The notes: a model not told the origin generated them from the letters alone. A stretch of 64,000 nt of DNA from Promethearchaeota archaeon (GCA_048938025.1 JBHLMP010000010.1:22728-86727); one strand, 5' to 3'. Positions 29,233 to 40,319 are shown, counted from the stretch's first letter. Translations and numbers: made by a program.

Positions 29233-30969
29233 ATGACAATTTCAGATAAAGAAAAAGAAGTATTAGAATCGTTAGAAAAACTAATAGATAAACCAATTCC
29301 AGAAATATCAGAATTAGAACGTTATTCCTTTGGATATTATGTAGAAAAGGAACATATAAAAGGTTTAAGTCTTTTTTCTTGTGGGCTATCTATAATTCCG
29401 AAAGAAATTGAGTTGCTTGCATCGCTTAAAGAAATTCATTTAAGGGGAAATAATTTAGTTAATCTACCCGAAGAATTATGTTCTCTTACTTCTCTCGAGA
29501 TATTAGATTTAAGTGAAAATCGATTAACAGAACTGCCATCATCAATCATTTCACTTTCTTCACTTAAAGAATTACATTTAGAATCTAACCATTTAGTTAA
29601 TCTACCTGAAAATATTGGTGAACTACACAATCTTAAACTCTTGGATCTTAGCGAGAATAAGTTAATTTATATACCTGATTCTCTAGGATCATTATCAAAT
29701 TTAATAACTTTAGATTTAAGTGGTAATGAAATAGATAAACTTCCAGAATCAATAGGTTCTCTTGCTTCTTTAGAAATCCTTTATCTAGGCTACAATGAAT
29801 TAAGTACGCTTCCAGAGTCATTTAGCTCGCTTAATTCACTAAAGCGATTAAATTTAAGAAATAATAGATTGAATAAGCTTCCCGAGACTATAGGCAATTT
29901 ATCTTCCTTATCATCTCTTTTTTTAAGAGGAAATTGTTTAGAAAGTTTACCGAAGTCCATAGGGTTATTAAACAAACTAATATATTTAGGAATAGCATCA
30001 AATAAATTAATATCACTTCCTGATCCTGAATTTGGTTTACTTTCTTCATTAGAAAATTTGAATTTGTCATCTAACAATTTAATTTTACTTCCAAATTCAA
30101 TAGGGAATCTTAAAAATTTACTTAGACTTGAAATTTCAGATAATAAGCTAAAATCTCTCCCAGAATCAATTGGAGGGTTGTCTTTACTCAAGATATTAAG
30201 ATGCGATAGAAATAATTTAACGGAACTCCCAGAATCAATTGGAAATTTAACTTCATTAGAATCTTTAAAAATTGATATCAATAATTTAAATGAACTTCCT
30301 TCATCAATTGGGCAATTAAAGTATTTAAAAGAACTGGATTTGTATGATAATAAATTGGAGAGATTGCCAGAATATATAGGTTCTTTATCATCACTTGAGA
30401 TTCTTGATCTGAGCAAGAATGAGCTAAAAAGTCTTCCCCCATCAATTAGCTCCCTAAGTAGTCTATTAGAGTTGGATTTATCAACCAATAAATTAGAAAA
30501 TCTTACTTCTTCAATAGGATCATTATCACAACTAAAAAATCTAATTTTAGGATTCAATCGGTTAAAAGAAATTCCTAAATCTATTGGATTCCTCACCTCC
30601 TTAGAGGTTCTAGATTTAGGGAAGAATCATCTAATATCAATTCCAGAATCAATTGGATCATTGACTTCACTTAAACATTTATATTTATATTATAATGAGT
30701 TAGAGACTATGCCAGATTCCATTGGGTCATTACAGTCTTTAAAATACCTCTATCTAGGTAATAACAATTTAACTGCTCTTCCAGAATCCATAGGGTTCTT
30801 GAAAAATTTGAAATATTTATTTGTGAGAGCGAATAATTTAACTACATTACCAAATTCATTGGATTCCTTAATATCACTTAAACATTTAAACATAGAAAAA
30901 AATAGCTTAAAAGGATATTTAGATTTGTTAGATAAATTAGAATTACGTGGTATTAAGATTTTTAAATGA
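29233..30969 (+). CDS. Leucine-rich repeat protein (about 21-22 tandem 23-aa LRRs)
   Basis: Repeated LxxLxLxxNxLxxLPxSIGxL consensus over almost the whole protein. Confidence 0.95.
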   Translation: MTISDKEKEVLESLEKLIDKPIPEISELERYSFGYYVEKEHIKGLSLFSCGLSIIPKEIELLASLKEIHLRGNNLVNLPEELCSLTSLEILDLSENRLTELPSSIISLSSLKELHLESNHLVNLPENIGELHNLKLLDLSENKLIYIPDSLGSLSNLITLDLSGNEIDKLPESIGSLASLEILYLGYNELSTLPESFSSLNSLKRLNLRNNRLNKLPETIGNLSSLSSLFLRGNCLESLPKSIGLLNKLIYLGIASNKLISLPDPEFGLLSSLENLNLSSNNLILLPNSIGNLKNLLRLEISDNKLKSLPESIGGLSLLKILRCDRNNLTELPESIGNLTSLESLKIDINNLNELPSSIGQLKYLKELDLYDNKLERLPEYIGSLSSLEILDLSKNELKSLPPSISSLSSLLELDLSTNKLENLTSSIGSLSQLKNLILGFNRLKEIPKSIGFLTSLEVLDLGKNHLISIPESIGSLTSLKHLYLYYNELETMPDSIGSLQSLKYLYLGNNNLTALPESIGFLKNLKYLFVRANNLTTLPNSLDSLISLKHLNIEKNSLKGYLDLLDKLELRGIKIFK

Positions 30970-31127
30970 TCTAAATCGTAAAAACAAGAACTAATTTTCT
31001 AAAAAATTGTTTATAATCTTAAAAGGTAAAATAGCTATCTTATCGATTTCTACTCTTTTAACCATTTTATTTATTTAGAACTCTAAAAATCATATAATTT
31101 AAATATTAACTGAATTTAGTTAAAAGT

Positions 31128-33149
31128 ATGGATATTTCAAAAGCCATGAAAATTAAATTGCCTAAGGAGCTCCCATCATATCCCAAATTCGTCGAAGGAA
31201 TAAGACGTGCACCCTCAAGAGCTTATGCACTTAATCAAACCCAAACAAAACTAGCTTTAAAGAATGCTCTTAGATATGTCCATCCATCCTTACACGAAAA
31301 GATTGCTCCAGAATTTCTGGAAGAATTAATTACACGAGGAAGAATATATGGTTACAGATTCAGACCAGAAGGAAATATAAAAGCAAAACCTATAGATGAA
31401 TATAGGGGTAAAATCCTTGAAGGGAAAGCTTTACAAGTTATGATCGATAATAATCTCGATTTTGATGTGGCTCTCTACCCTTATGAGTTAGTTACTTATG
31501 GGGAAAGTGGGCAAGTTTTCCAAAATTGGATGCAATATCGTCTTATAAAAATGTATCTTGAGCAAATTACTGATAAACAGACTTTAGTTATTTCATCTGG
31601 ACATCCAGTTGGACTCTTTCCAACTTCACCATTGGCTCCCAGGGTAATTTCCACTAATGGATTAATGGTTGGTTTATTTGACAATCCAAATGATTTTGCT
31701 ATAGCAGCTGCTCTGGGTGTAGCAAATTATGGCCAAATGACGGCAGGAGGATGGATGTATATTGGTCCACAAGGAATAGTCCATGGTACATATATTACAT
31801 TATTGAACGCTGGAAGATTATATCTTAATATTCCTCAAGATAAAGATTTAAAAGGTATTTTATATGTAACATCTGGTCTTGGGGGTATGAGCGGTGCCCA
31901 AGCTAAAGCAATAGAAATTGCTGGGGGGATAGGTGTCATTGCTGAAGTTGATGAATCCCGGATTAAAACAAGGTATGAGCAAGGATGGGTTTCAAAGATT
32001 TCTGATAATTTAGATGAAATTTTTGCTTGGGTTGAGGATGCTAGAAAATCTGGTAAAGCACTGTCTATTGCATATAATGGGAATATTGTAAATTTATGGA
32101 AATATATAGTAGACAATAATATTCAAGTAGAGCTTGCTTCAGATCAAACATCTTGCCATGCTGTCTATGAGGGAGGTTATACACCATATCAAATCAGCTT
32201 TAAAGAAGGAAGGACCCTGATTAAATCAAATATTGATAGATTTAAGCAATTAGTTAATGATTCTTTACGGGAACAGTTTAAACTAATAAAAACTATGACA
32301 GAAAGAGGTACTCGTTTTTGGGATTATGGTAATTCTTTTATGAAAGCTGTGTTTGATGCTGGTGTAAAAGAAATTGCTAAAAATGTAGATGATACTTCTG
32401 AAGGATTCATTTTTCCATCTTATGTCGAAGATATTATGGGTCCTATATGCTTCGATTTTGGATATGGTCCTTTTCGATGGGTATGCCTTTCAGGAAAAGA
32501 GGAAGATTTAGATAAAACTGATCAAACTGCAATGAGTAGTATAAATCCTGAATTGCGAGCTCAAGATAGAGATAATTACTCTTGGATTCGAGATGCTAAA
32601 AGAAATCAACTTGTTGTTGGAACAAAAGCAAGAATATTATATGCTGATGCTAAAGAGCGAATTAGTATTGCTCTAAAATTTAATAATTTAGTAAAGAAAG
32701 GAGAAATTGGACCAATAATGCTAGGTAGAGATCATCATGATGTTTCAGGAACTGACTCACCTTTTAGAGAAACTTCCAATATTAAAGATGGCAGTAATAT
32801 AATGGCAGAAATGGCAGTTCATTGTTTTGCAGGTAATGCAATTAGAGGTATGACATATGTTGTACTCTCGAATGGTGGAGGTGTTGGAATTGGGAAATGT
32901 TTCAATGGTGGTTTTGGTCTAGTGTTAGATGGTTCTGAAAGAGTAGACAATATCATTAAAAATGCTATAGAATGGGATGTAATAGGGGGAATAGCTCGCC
33001 GAAGTTGGGCTAGGAATTCAAATGCTTTTGAAACAGCTTATAATTGGAATATTGAAAATGAAGAAAAAGGGCATATAACATTGCCATTTATAGCAGAAGA
33101 TAAGTTATTGGATAATATTATAGATAATTATTTGAAAAAGAGTAAATAA
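31128..33149 (+). CDS. hutU: Urocanate hydratase (long form)
   Basis: 'PYELVTYG', 'YGQMTAGGWMYIGPQGIVHGT', 'GLGGMSGAQ', 'SDQTSCH', 'GRDHHD', 'NGGGVG'. Confidence 0.95.
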   Translation: MDISKAMKIKLPKELPSYPKFVEGIRRAPSRAYALNQTQTKLALKNALRYVHPSLHEKIAPEFLEELITRGRIYGYRFRPEGNIKAKPIDEYRGKILEGKALQVMIDNNLDFDVALYPYELVTYGESGQVFQNWMQYRLIKMYLEQITDKQTLVISSGHPVGLFPTSPLAPRVISTNGLMVGLFDNPNDFAIAAALGVANYGQMTAGGWMYIGPQGIVHGTYITLLNAGRLYLNIPQDKDLKGILYVTSGLGGMSGAQAKAIEIAGGIGVIAEVDESRIKTRYEQGWVSKISDNLDEIFAWVEDARKSGKALSIAYNGNIVNLWKYIVDNNIQVELASDQTSCHAVYEGGYTPYQISFKEGRTLIKSNIDRFKQLVNDSLREQFKLIKTMTERGTRFWDYGNSFMKAVFDAGVKEIAKNVDDTSEGFIFPSYVEDIMGPICFDFGYGPFRWVCLSGKEEDLDKTDQTAMSSINPELRAQDRDNYSWIRDAKRNQLVVGTKARILYADAKERISIALKFNNLVKKGEIGPIMLGRDHHDVSGTDSPFRETSNIKDGSNIMAEMAVHCFAGNAIRGMTYVVLSNGGGVGIGKCFNGGFGLVLDGSERVDNIIKNAIEWDVIGGIARRSWARNSNAFETAYNWNIENEEKGHITLPFIAEDKLLDNIIDNYLKKSK

Positions 33150-33175
33150 TACAAAATCTTGAGGATTGATTCAAT

Positions 33176-34702
33176 ATGAGTAATAATTTTAGATATGGTT
33201 TAGATAAATTAACAGTTGATATAGCCTTAGCTTTAGCTAAAGATAAAATAAAAGGTATAGTTGTAGATGATATAAAAACTAAAGTTATAAAAAACTTTAA
33301 TGCTGTACAATCTATTTCAAGAGGAGATAAGTTAGTTTATAGTGTAAATACTGGAATTGGTTCATTGTGTACTACTAAAATTTCAGCCGAAGAAACCGAA
33401 AAATTGCAAGTGAATCTTCTCAAAAGTCATAGTGTAGGCGTAGGTTCACCAATTGATCAAGAAATAGCCAAATTAATGCTTATTCTTAAAGTTCATGCTT
33501 TATGTAAAGGATATTCTGGAGTATCAATAGACGTAATTGAAAGAATTTGTTGGCATATTGAAAATAATTATATACCCCTTGTACCTGAACAAGGCTCAGT
33601 AGGAGCCTCAGGAGATCTTGCACCCTTAGCACATTCATTTTTACCATTAATTGGTTTAGGATATGTTTCCAAAGATGGTGAGAAGTATACTCCTATGAAT
33701 GAAATTTTAATACAAAATAATATGAAACCTCTTAAACTAAATGCAAAAGAAGGTATAGCTTTAATCAATGGTACTCAATTCATAACGGCTCATGCAATCA
33801 AGGCTTCTAAAAAATTTCTTAATTGTTTAGAACATGCCGATATTATTGGCGCTCTAACTTTGGAAGCTTATTTAGGTTCACCTCAACCATTTGATGAAAG
33901 ATTAATTAATTTAAGACCTCATCAAGGAGCTTTAATTGTGGCTGATAGATTCAGAAAATTTTTAAAAAATTCTGAAATGGTAGAATCCCATAAAGATTGT
34001 AAACGTGTTCAAGACCCGTATTCAATTCGGTGCATACCTCAAGTCCATGGTGCTTCTAGAGATGCATTATCTCATCTTAATGAAAAATTGTTATGTGAAT
34101 TAAATTCTGTTACCGATAATCCTATAATTTTTAATGAAAATGATACTGTTAGTGGAGGAAATTTTCATGGTCAACCACTGGCTTTACCTTTAGATTATAT
34201 AAGCTTAGCTGCTTCTGAGCTAGGAAATATTTCTGATCGCAGGATATATCTCCTATTAGAAGGAAACTGGGGTTTACCAGCATATCTTATTGAAAATTCT
34301 GGATTAAATTCAGGTTTTATGCTTACTCAATATTGTTCAGCGGCTCTTGTAAGTGAAAATAAATCATTATGTTTCCCTGCTAGTGCTGATAGTATACCTA
34401 CATCTATGGGTCAAGAAGATCACGTAAGTATGGGCCCTATTAGTGCAAGAAAAGCCCTTCAAATAATTGAAAATCTTGAAAAAATCCTTTCTATTGAATT
34501 GTTATGTGCTGCTCAAGCTTTTGATTTTAGAAGACCTTTAAAATCGAGTCGAGTATTAGAGGCTTGTCATAAATTTATACGTTTAAAAATACACCATTTA
34601 ACTGAAGATATGGTTTTATCTGAATTTATTGAATCAGCCCATGAAATAATTAAAAGTAAGGAATTATTAGAAATCATCCAAAACCAGATAGAGGGGAATT
34701 GA
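33176..34702 (+). CDS. hutH: Histidine ammonia-lyase
   Basis: MIO-forming 'GASGDLAPL', 'QDPYSIRC.PQVHGA', 'SGGNFHGQP', 'QEDHVSMG'. Confidence 0.95.
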   Translation: MSNNFRYGLDKLTVDIALALAKDKIKGIVVDDIKTKVIKNFNAVQSISRGDKLVYSVNTGIGSLCTTKISAEETEKLQVNLLKSHSVGVGSPIDQEIAKLMLILKVHALCKGYSGVSIDVIERICWHIENNYIPLVPEQGSVGASGDLAPLAHSFLPLIGLGYVSKDGEKYTPMNEILIQNNMKPLKLNAKEGIALINGTQFITAHAIKASKKFLNCLEHADIIGALTLEAYLGSPQPFDERLINLRPHQGALIVADRFRKFLKNSEMVESHKDCKRVQDPYSIRCIPQVHGASRDALSHLNEKLLCELNSVTDNPIIFNENDTVSGGNFHGQPLALPLDYISLAASELGNISDRRIYLLLEGNWGLPAYLIENSGLNSGFMLTQYCSAALVSENKSLCFPASADSIPTSMGQEDHVSMGPISARKALQIIENLEKILSIELLCAAQAFDFRRPLKSSRVLEACHKFIRLKIHHLTEDMVLSEFIESAHEIIKSKELLEIIQNQIEGN

Positions 34703-34703
34703 T

Positions 34704-36011
34704 TTGTTTGTATCATCAACTTATAAAAAAAAATTAATTAAACAAGAAGATAATCCCGATCTGGTGATATTTAATGCTAATGAATTAGTTACTATGAATA
34801 CTAAATTTGGTGCTCCAAGAATAGGCAAAGGTATGTCTAAGTTATCAATCATTGATAATGGGGCAATAGGAATAAAAGATGATAGAATTATATATGTGGG
34901 AACTACTGACGAATTAATGTCGAAGTTTTCTTTCAATGAAATAAAAACTAAGATTGATGCTACAAATAAGATGGTTATACCCGGTTTTGTAGATCCTCAT
35001 ACCCATATAATTTTTGATGGCTCAAGAGAAAATGAATTCCAAATGAAGCTTGAAGGAAAATCTTATCTTGAAATACTCCAAGCTGGAGGCGGCATATTAA
35101 AAACAGTTCGCGAAACTAGAAAAGCTTCTTTAGAAAAACTAGTAGAAAATGGTAAAAAAATTTTAGATAGGATGATGAGGTATGGTACAACGACAGTTGA
35201 AGCTAAATCTGGTTATGGTCTGAGTACTGAAAGTGAATTAAAAATATTAAAAGCACTCCACATATTAAATAAGGAACATCCCTTAGATATTGTATCAACA
35301 TTTTTAGGTGCTCATGCAATCCCTTTAGAATATAAAGATAACCCTGACGATTATGTAGAGTTAATTATTTCAGATATGATACCTAAAATTGTTAAACAGG
35401 GTCTTGCTGAATTTTGTGATGTATTTTGTGAAAAAGGAATCTTTTCACTTGAACAATCAAGAAAAATTTTAAAAACGGCATTGAGATATGGCTTAAAACC
35501 TCAAATTCATATTGATGAAATTGTTGATACTAATGGTGCTTTACTTGCTGCAGAATTAAAAGCGATCCAAACAGGTCATTTATTAAAATCAAATGATAAT
35601 GGATTAAAAGCAATGGCAGAAGCGGGAGTTATTGCTACACTTTTACCAGGAACTCCTTTTTGCTTAATGCTAAAAGAATATGCCCCTGCAAGGAAAATGA
35701 TAGAATTTGAGATTCCTATCGCACTTGCTACTGATCTAAATCCAAATTGCTGGACGGAATCAATGCAAATGATCATTACCTTAGCGTGTTATAACATGAA
35801 GCTATCACCAGCAGAGGCACTGACTGCTGCTACAATCAATAGTGCATGTGCGATTGATAGGCAAGATCAAATAGGAAGTCTTGAAGTTGGAAAAAAAGCA
35901 GATATAGTAATTTTTGATATACCAAATTATAATTTTTTACCCTATCAATTCGGGGTAAATTTAGTATCTAAAGTCATTAAAAATGGTAAAATTTTAATTA
36001 ATAATGATTAA
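34704..36011 (+). CDS. hutI: Imidazolonepropionase
   Basis: 'PGFVDPHTH', 'GTTTVEAKSGYGL', 'FLGAHA', 'DVFCE', 'ATDLNP'. Confidence 0.93.
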   Translation: MFVSSTYKKKLIKQEDNPDLVIFNANELVTMNTKFGAPRIGKGMSKLSIIDNGAIGIKDDRIIYVGTTDELMSKFSFNEIKTKIDATNKMVIPGFVDPHTHIIFDGSRENEFQMKLEGKSYLEILQAGGGILKTVRETRKASLEKLVENGKKILDRMMRYGTTTVEAKSGYGLSTESELKILKALHILNKEHPLDIVSTFLGAHAIPLEYKDNPDDYVELIISDMIPKIVKQGLAEFCDVFCEKGIFSLEQSRKILKTALRYGLKPQIHIDEIVDTNGALLAAELKAIQTGHLLKSNDNGLKAMAEAGVIATLLPGTPFCLMLKEYAPARKMIEFEIPIALATDLNPNCWTESMQMIITLACYNMKLSPAEALTAATINSACAIDRQDQIGSLEVGKKADIVIFDIPNYNFLPYQFGVNLVSKVIKNGKILINND

Positions 36012-36018
36012 CCAAATT

Positions 36019-36948
36019 TTAGAAATCAAAATAATACTCTAATAGATTCTTCTCTTCTAATTTTTCTGGTTTTTCCAATTGTAAGTAATATTCTAAAGAA
36101 TTTAGCACAGCATCTAACGGTAATACGCCAATTAATTCAGATCCAATAACAGGAACACCATAACGGATAGCTTCGATCCTTACAAGTTCCATTTGTCTAT
36201 AAAGTGGTGTTTTTCTATAATTGATATTACTAATTCCGACTTGTACATAATCTCGTTCTGCTAATTCAGTACCCATTGCTTTAATATTAACTAGTCCTCC
36301 TGAGCGTAGGTGAATTGCTTTTGCTATTTTTTTAGCAATTTTAATATCATTAGTCCCAAGGTTAATATTAAAGCTAATTAATGGAAATCTAGCACCTGTT
36401 ATTGTTGCTCCAGCTGTTGGATGTAATTCAGATGGCCCAAAATCAGGCTTACGATTTGGATCTGTTTTAATTGCCTCTTTTAATCCTTCATATTCACCAA
36501 CTCGAATATTATCGATGTTTTTTCTTTCCATTTTACGAGCTGATTCTTCATAAAGATATACTGGAATACCTTCTTTTGCAATAGCTTGACCAAATTTTAT
36601 TGACAGCTCAATACACTCTTCAATAGACACATTTTGAGCAGGTACAAATGGCACTACATCTATGGCTCCAATTCGAGGATGCTGCCCTTTATGTGCATTC
36701 ATATCAATTAGCGTAATAGCTTTTTTAGCAGCAGCAATATTCGCTTCTAAAACAGCTTCAGGTGTTCCAACAAAGGTAATTACAGCTCTATTGTAATCAG
36801 AATCATATTGAATATCGACAATTCGAGTGTTCTGTGTATTTTTAATCTCAGAAACAATTTGTTCAATTTTTTCTCCCGCCGTTCCTTCACTAAAATTAGG
36901 AACAGACTCTACAATTTTCTTTTTTCTACTTTCCATATAAATAACCAT
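36019..36948 (-). CDS. ftcD: Glutamate formimidoyltransferase
   Basis: 'VESVPNFSEG', 'HKGQHPRIGAIDVVPFVP', 'PDFGP...HPTAGA'. No cyclodeaminase domain. Confidence 0.92.
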   Translation of the reverse strand: MVIYMESRKKKIVESVPNFSEGTAGEKIEQIVSEIKNTQNTRIVDIQYDSDYNRAVITFVGTPEAVLEANIAAAKKAITLIDMNAHKGQHPRIGAIDVVPFVPAQNVSIEECIELSIKFGQAIAKEGIPVYLYEESARKMERKNIDNIRVGEYEGLKEAIKTDPNRKPDFGPSELHPTAGATITGARFPLISFNINLGTNDIKIAKKIAKAIHLRSGGLVNIKAMGTELAERDYVQVGISNINYRKTPLYRQMELVRIEAIRYGVPVIGSELIGVLPLDAVLNSLEYYLQLEKPEKLEEKNLLEYYFDF

Positions 36949-37027
36949 ATTAACAATGTTCTAAATTGAATAATAAATATGTAAAGATAATAATAAACTT
37001 ATGAATATGTTAACTTAAATTTTATAA

Positions 37028-38317
37028 CTATAATGAATATTTCTTTTTCTTATAGGTTTTATCGGTAAAAACATAGATTTTATCTTTCCCTTTACTAATA
37101 ATATTGTCATGCAATTTTAATTCAATTGTAATTTCTTTATTTTTTGTCCCTCTTGGGGATCTGTTGACTAATTTTCCTTGATATTTTATTTCATCAGCAC
37201 GTTGATGAATGTATGTATCTGTGTTTTTCCCCATTATAATTAAATCATCACCATTAGAGAGATAACCATTATATAAAGATATGGTAGCATAACCTGTATT
37301 TTGATTATAATCTTCAATTTGTCCTACCTCAATATATCTAAAATGCGATAAGTTCGCTGGAGATTTGTATTGATGATCTTCTTCAGTTACCCTTTTAAAA
37401 TAGAATCCTGGAGTAAATCCTCTATTATAGACTTTCTTTAATTCAGTAACCCATCTACCCACTTTCTTTTTTGTAAAGGTACCATTATAGTATGCTTCAA
37501 TAGCTTCCCGATAAATTTTAGTAACAATTTCTACATAATGTGGATGTCTCATTCGACCCTCAATTTTAAAAGCATCAATATTTGCTTCAATTAATTTAGG
37601 AATGTAAGCAATTGTACATAAATCTCTTGAATTCATAAATCTAACTCCATCATAAATATATTCATTTCCTGATTCTTCCCTCACCCACCATCTCCTCCTA
37701 CATGGTTGTTCACAATTACCTCGATTAGCGGATTTTTCTTCGGTTCCACAAATATCCTGAGAGAAGTAACATCTACCACTTACTGAAGCACACATTGCTC
37801 CATGAATAAATGTTTCGACTTTAGTGTATTCTAGATTTCTTTTTATTTCCTTAATCTTCTCTAAGGATAATTCTCTAGCTAAAATTATACGTTCAGCACC
37901 TAACTTTTCATAGAATCTAGCTGATAAAGAGTTAGATACATTACATTGAGTCGAGATATGAAATGGCATTTTAAATTCTTTTGCAATTTGTATTGCTGCT
38001 AAATCATGAACTATTACTGCGTTCACACCTACCTCCTTACTATTTTCGATAATTTTACGTAAATATTCGATTTCATTGTCGTAAACTAATATATTTGTCG
38101 CTAGATATGTTTTAATATCATTATTTTGGCTAAAATCAACGATTTTATATAGATCTTCTAATGCAAAATTCTCAGATCTCGTTCGCATGTTAAACTTTTC
38201 AATTCCAAAATAAACTGAATCTGCGAATTGTGATGCTGCCTTTATTGCTTTAAAATTTTTAGCAGGTGCGAGTAATTCTACTTTTTTCATCTTTCTGTAA
38301 ATATAAGGTATTTTCAT
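37028..38317 (-). CDS. U32 family protein (TrhP/RlhA/UbiU-like, Fe-S)
   Basis: 'ELLAPA', 'HISTQ', 'LARELSL', 'HGAMCASVSGRCYFS', 'NRGNCEQPCR', 'KIEGRMR'. Confidence 0.9.
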   Translation of the reverse strand: MKIPYIYRKMKKVELLAPAKNFKAIKAASQFADSVYFGIEKFNMRTRSENFALEDLYKIVDFSQNNDIKTYLATNILVYDNEIEYLRKIIENSKEVGVNAVIVHDLAAIQIAKEFKMPFHISTQCNVSNSLSARFYEKLGAERIILARELSLEKIKEIKRNLEYTKVETFIHGAMCASVSGRCYFSQDICGTEEKSANRGNCEQPCRRRWWVREESGNEYIYDGVRFMNSRDLCTIAYIPKLIEANIDAFKIEGRMRHPHYVEIVTKIYREAIEAYYNGTFTKKKVGRWVTELKKVYNRGFTPGFYFKRVTEEDHQYKSPANLSHFRYIEVGQIEDYNQNTGYATISLYNGYLSNGDDLIIMGKNTDTYIHQRADEIKYQGKLVNRSPRGTKNKEITIELKLHDNIISKGKDKIYVFTDKTYKKKKYSL

Positions 38318-38422
38318 TTTTATTTTATGACTAAATTTGTAAAAATAATATCAAATTTTTTAAAAAAATAAATTGATTTATAAAAAACTTTAAGAAAAAG
38401 CGTTTATTTTGAATTTTAAATT

Positions 38423-39469
38423 ATGGATAATGAAGAACCTAAAAAAACGATATCTTGGTTAAAGAAAAGAAAAAGACTTCTTATAGGTTTAGCTACCTTA
38501 GTTTTAATGGTAGTTCTAGTTTTTATTGTAGATTTTCCACTTTTTATTTCCAAAATAATAATAATAGGTTTTTGGGGATTAACTCTATTCATTATTACAT
38601 ATACAATAGCCTTTCTTTTAAGAACTTATAAATTAAAACTTATATTTGAAGGTCTTAATCAACCAATTAAATTTAGCACTTCATATTTCTCAATTGGAGC
38701 AGGATTTTTAATTAATGAGCTAACTCCGGGAAAAGTAGGTGATATAGTAAAAATTTTCATAATTAGGGACCAAGAAGATGTAAAATTAAGCGAATCAGTA
38801 GCTGGAATTGCTATTGAGAGAGTGTTAGATTTAATTTTTCTTTTCTTTATCAGTTGTTTTGCTTTATTTTACTTGTATTTAAACAATCTTGGAGAAGTTA
38901 ATGATCTAATTATATTAGGACAGAATATTCAATTTTATCTTATTTTAGGAGCGATATTGATTGCATTAATTCTAACTTTCTTTTTACTATTATTATATAA
39001 AACAGAATTAATATTAAGCATCATTAAAAGAATTTCAAATAAATTATATCTTTATTTAGAGAAATTCTTAAATAATTTCAAAGAAGGAATTAAAAGATTC
39101 ACAGATCAAAAAATTAAATTAATATATATTACGCTCTTAAGTTTTCCAATGTGGATTATTGACGCATTGGTAGTTGTAATATTTTTTTATCTTTTAGATT
39201 ATACCTTTAATATTTTTTTATTAATCTTAGCTACAATGCTTTTATTTTTCAGTAAAACATTTCCAATAACACCTGGAGGATGGGGAATATCCGAAAATAT
39301 AGGAGCACTTTTTCTTTTTATATTTTATCCATTAATTCCCTTTACAGAAATTTTGTCAATATTTATTATTGATCATTTATTTAGAAGTGTTTATCTCTTT
39401 CTCTATGGAGGATACTCGGTTTTTCATTATAATATAAATTTGAAAAAATCAAAAGAATTAATTCTATGA
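38423..39469 (+). CDS. Lysylphosphatidylglycerol-synthase TM / flippase-like protein (UPF0104, AglD2-like)
   Basis: Multi-TM; 'INELTPGKVGD', 'ERVLD', 'PITPGGWG..E'. Confidence 0.85.
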   Translation: MDNEEPKKTISWLKKRKRLLIGLATLVLMVVLVFIVDFPLFISKIIIIGFWGLTLFIITYTIAFLLRTYKLKLIFEGLNQPIKFSTSYFSIGAGFLINELTPGKVGDIVKIFIIRDQEDVKLSESVAGIAIERVLDLIFLFFISCFALFYLYLNNLGEVNDLIILGQNIQFYLILGAILIALILTFFLLLLYKTELILSIIKRISNKLYLYLEKFLNNFKEGIKRFTDQKIKLIYITLLSFPMWIIDALVVVIFFYLLDYTFNIFLLILATMLLFFSKTFPITPGGWGISENIGALFLFIFYPLIPFTEILSIFIIDHLFRSVYLFLYGGYSVFHYNINLKKSKELIL

Positions 39470-39503
39470 ATAATTTTTTATTACTAAAAAGAATCGATTA
39501 ATC

Positions 39504-40295
39504 TTGAAACTCAGTATAATCATACCCTGCTATAATGAAGAAAAAACAATTAAGGATTTATTAAAAAACATTTTTGAGATTCAATTTCCGATTGACAGAG
39601 AAATTATTGTTATTGATGATGGATCCTTAAGAAATCTGAAAGAAATTATTAAAGAAGAAATAATCTCGAGAAAAATAAAATTCATTAGATTACCTCAAAA
39701 TCAAGGAAAAGGAATAGCAATTAGGGTAGGATTAAAATATGCATCTGGTGATATTTTTATAATTCAAGATGCTGATTTTGAATACTTCCCATCTGATATA
39801 CCAAAATTATTAAATCCAATATTAAAAAATGAAACTAATGTAGTTTATGGGACGCGATTTGCTACTAGACCTAAATTTATGTCAAAAACTCATTACCTAG
39901 CTAATAAATTTTTAACTAAAATTACTAACTTTCTCTATTGTAGTAATTTAACAGATATGGAAACAGGATATAAACTATTTACTAAAAAAGTCTTAAATAA
40001 AATCACCTTATATACTCGAGAATTTGAATTCGAACCTGAAATTACTGCTAAAATACTTTTAAGTGGATTTAAAATCTATGAATTGCCAATACAATATAGA
40101 TATCGTCATTTTGGCCTAACTAAAATAAATTGGCTTGATGGATTAGAAGGTGTTTTGATTCTTCTTCAAAATAGGTATTTTCATAATTCAAGGTTATATC
40201 AATTCATATATGAAATCTTTAAATATCACATGAAAAAGATAATTCTTAAATTAACTAAGTGGATAGCAAAAGTTATACATTTACGAAGGGTTTAA
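39504..40295 (+). CDS. GT2 polyprenol-phosphate glycosyltransferase (DPM1-like)
   Basis: 'SIIIPCYNEE', 'IDDGS', 'NQGKG', 'IQDADFEY', 'TDMETGYK', 'FEPEIT'. Confidence 0.9.
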   Translation: MKLSIIIPCYNEEKTIKDLLKNIFEIQFPIDREIIVIDDGSLRNLKEIIKEEIISRKIKFIRLPQNQGKGIAIRVGLKYASGDIFIIQDADFEYFPSDIPKLLNPILKNETNVVYGTRFATRPKFMSKTHYLANKFLTKITNFLYCSNLTDMETGYKLFTKKVLNKITLYTREFEFEPEITAKILLSGFKIYELPIQYRYRHFGLTKINWLDGLEGVLILLQNRYFHNSRLYQFIYEIFKYHMKKIILKLTKWIAKVIHLRRV

Positions 40296-40319
40296 ATCCA
40301 AAAAAATTTGTTTAAATAC

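Noticed and set aside
29790-30596. 268-aa antisense ORF inside the LRR gene
   Set aside because: A shadow produced by the repetitive LRR codon pattern, with no independent motifs.
29233-30969. Roughly 69-bp periodic DNA repeats as a possible CRISPR array or DGR
   Set aside because: The repeats are degenerate and explained by coding LRR units. There are no unique spacers, cas genes or reverse transcriptase.
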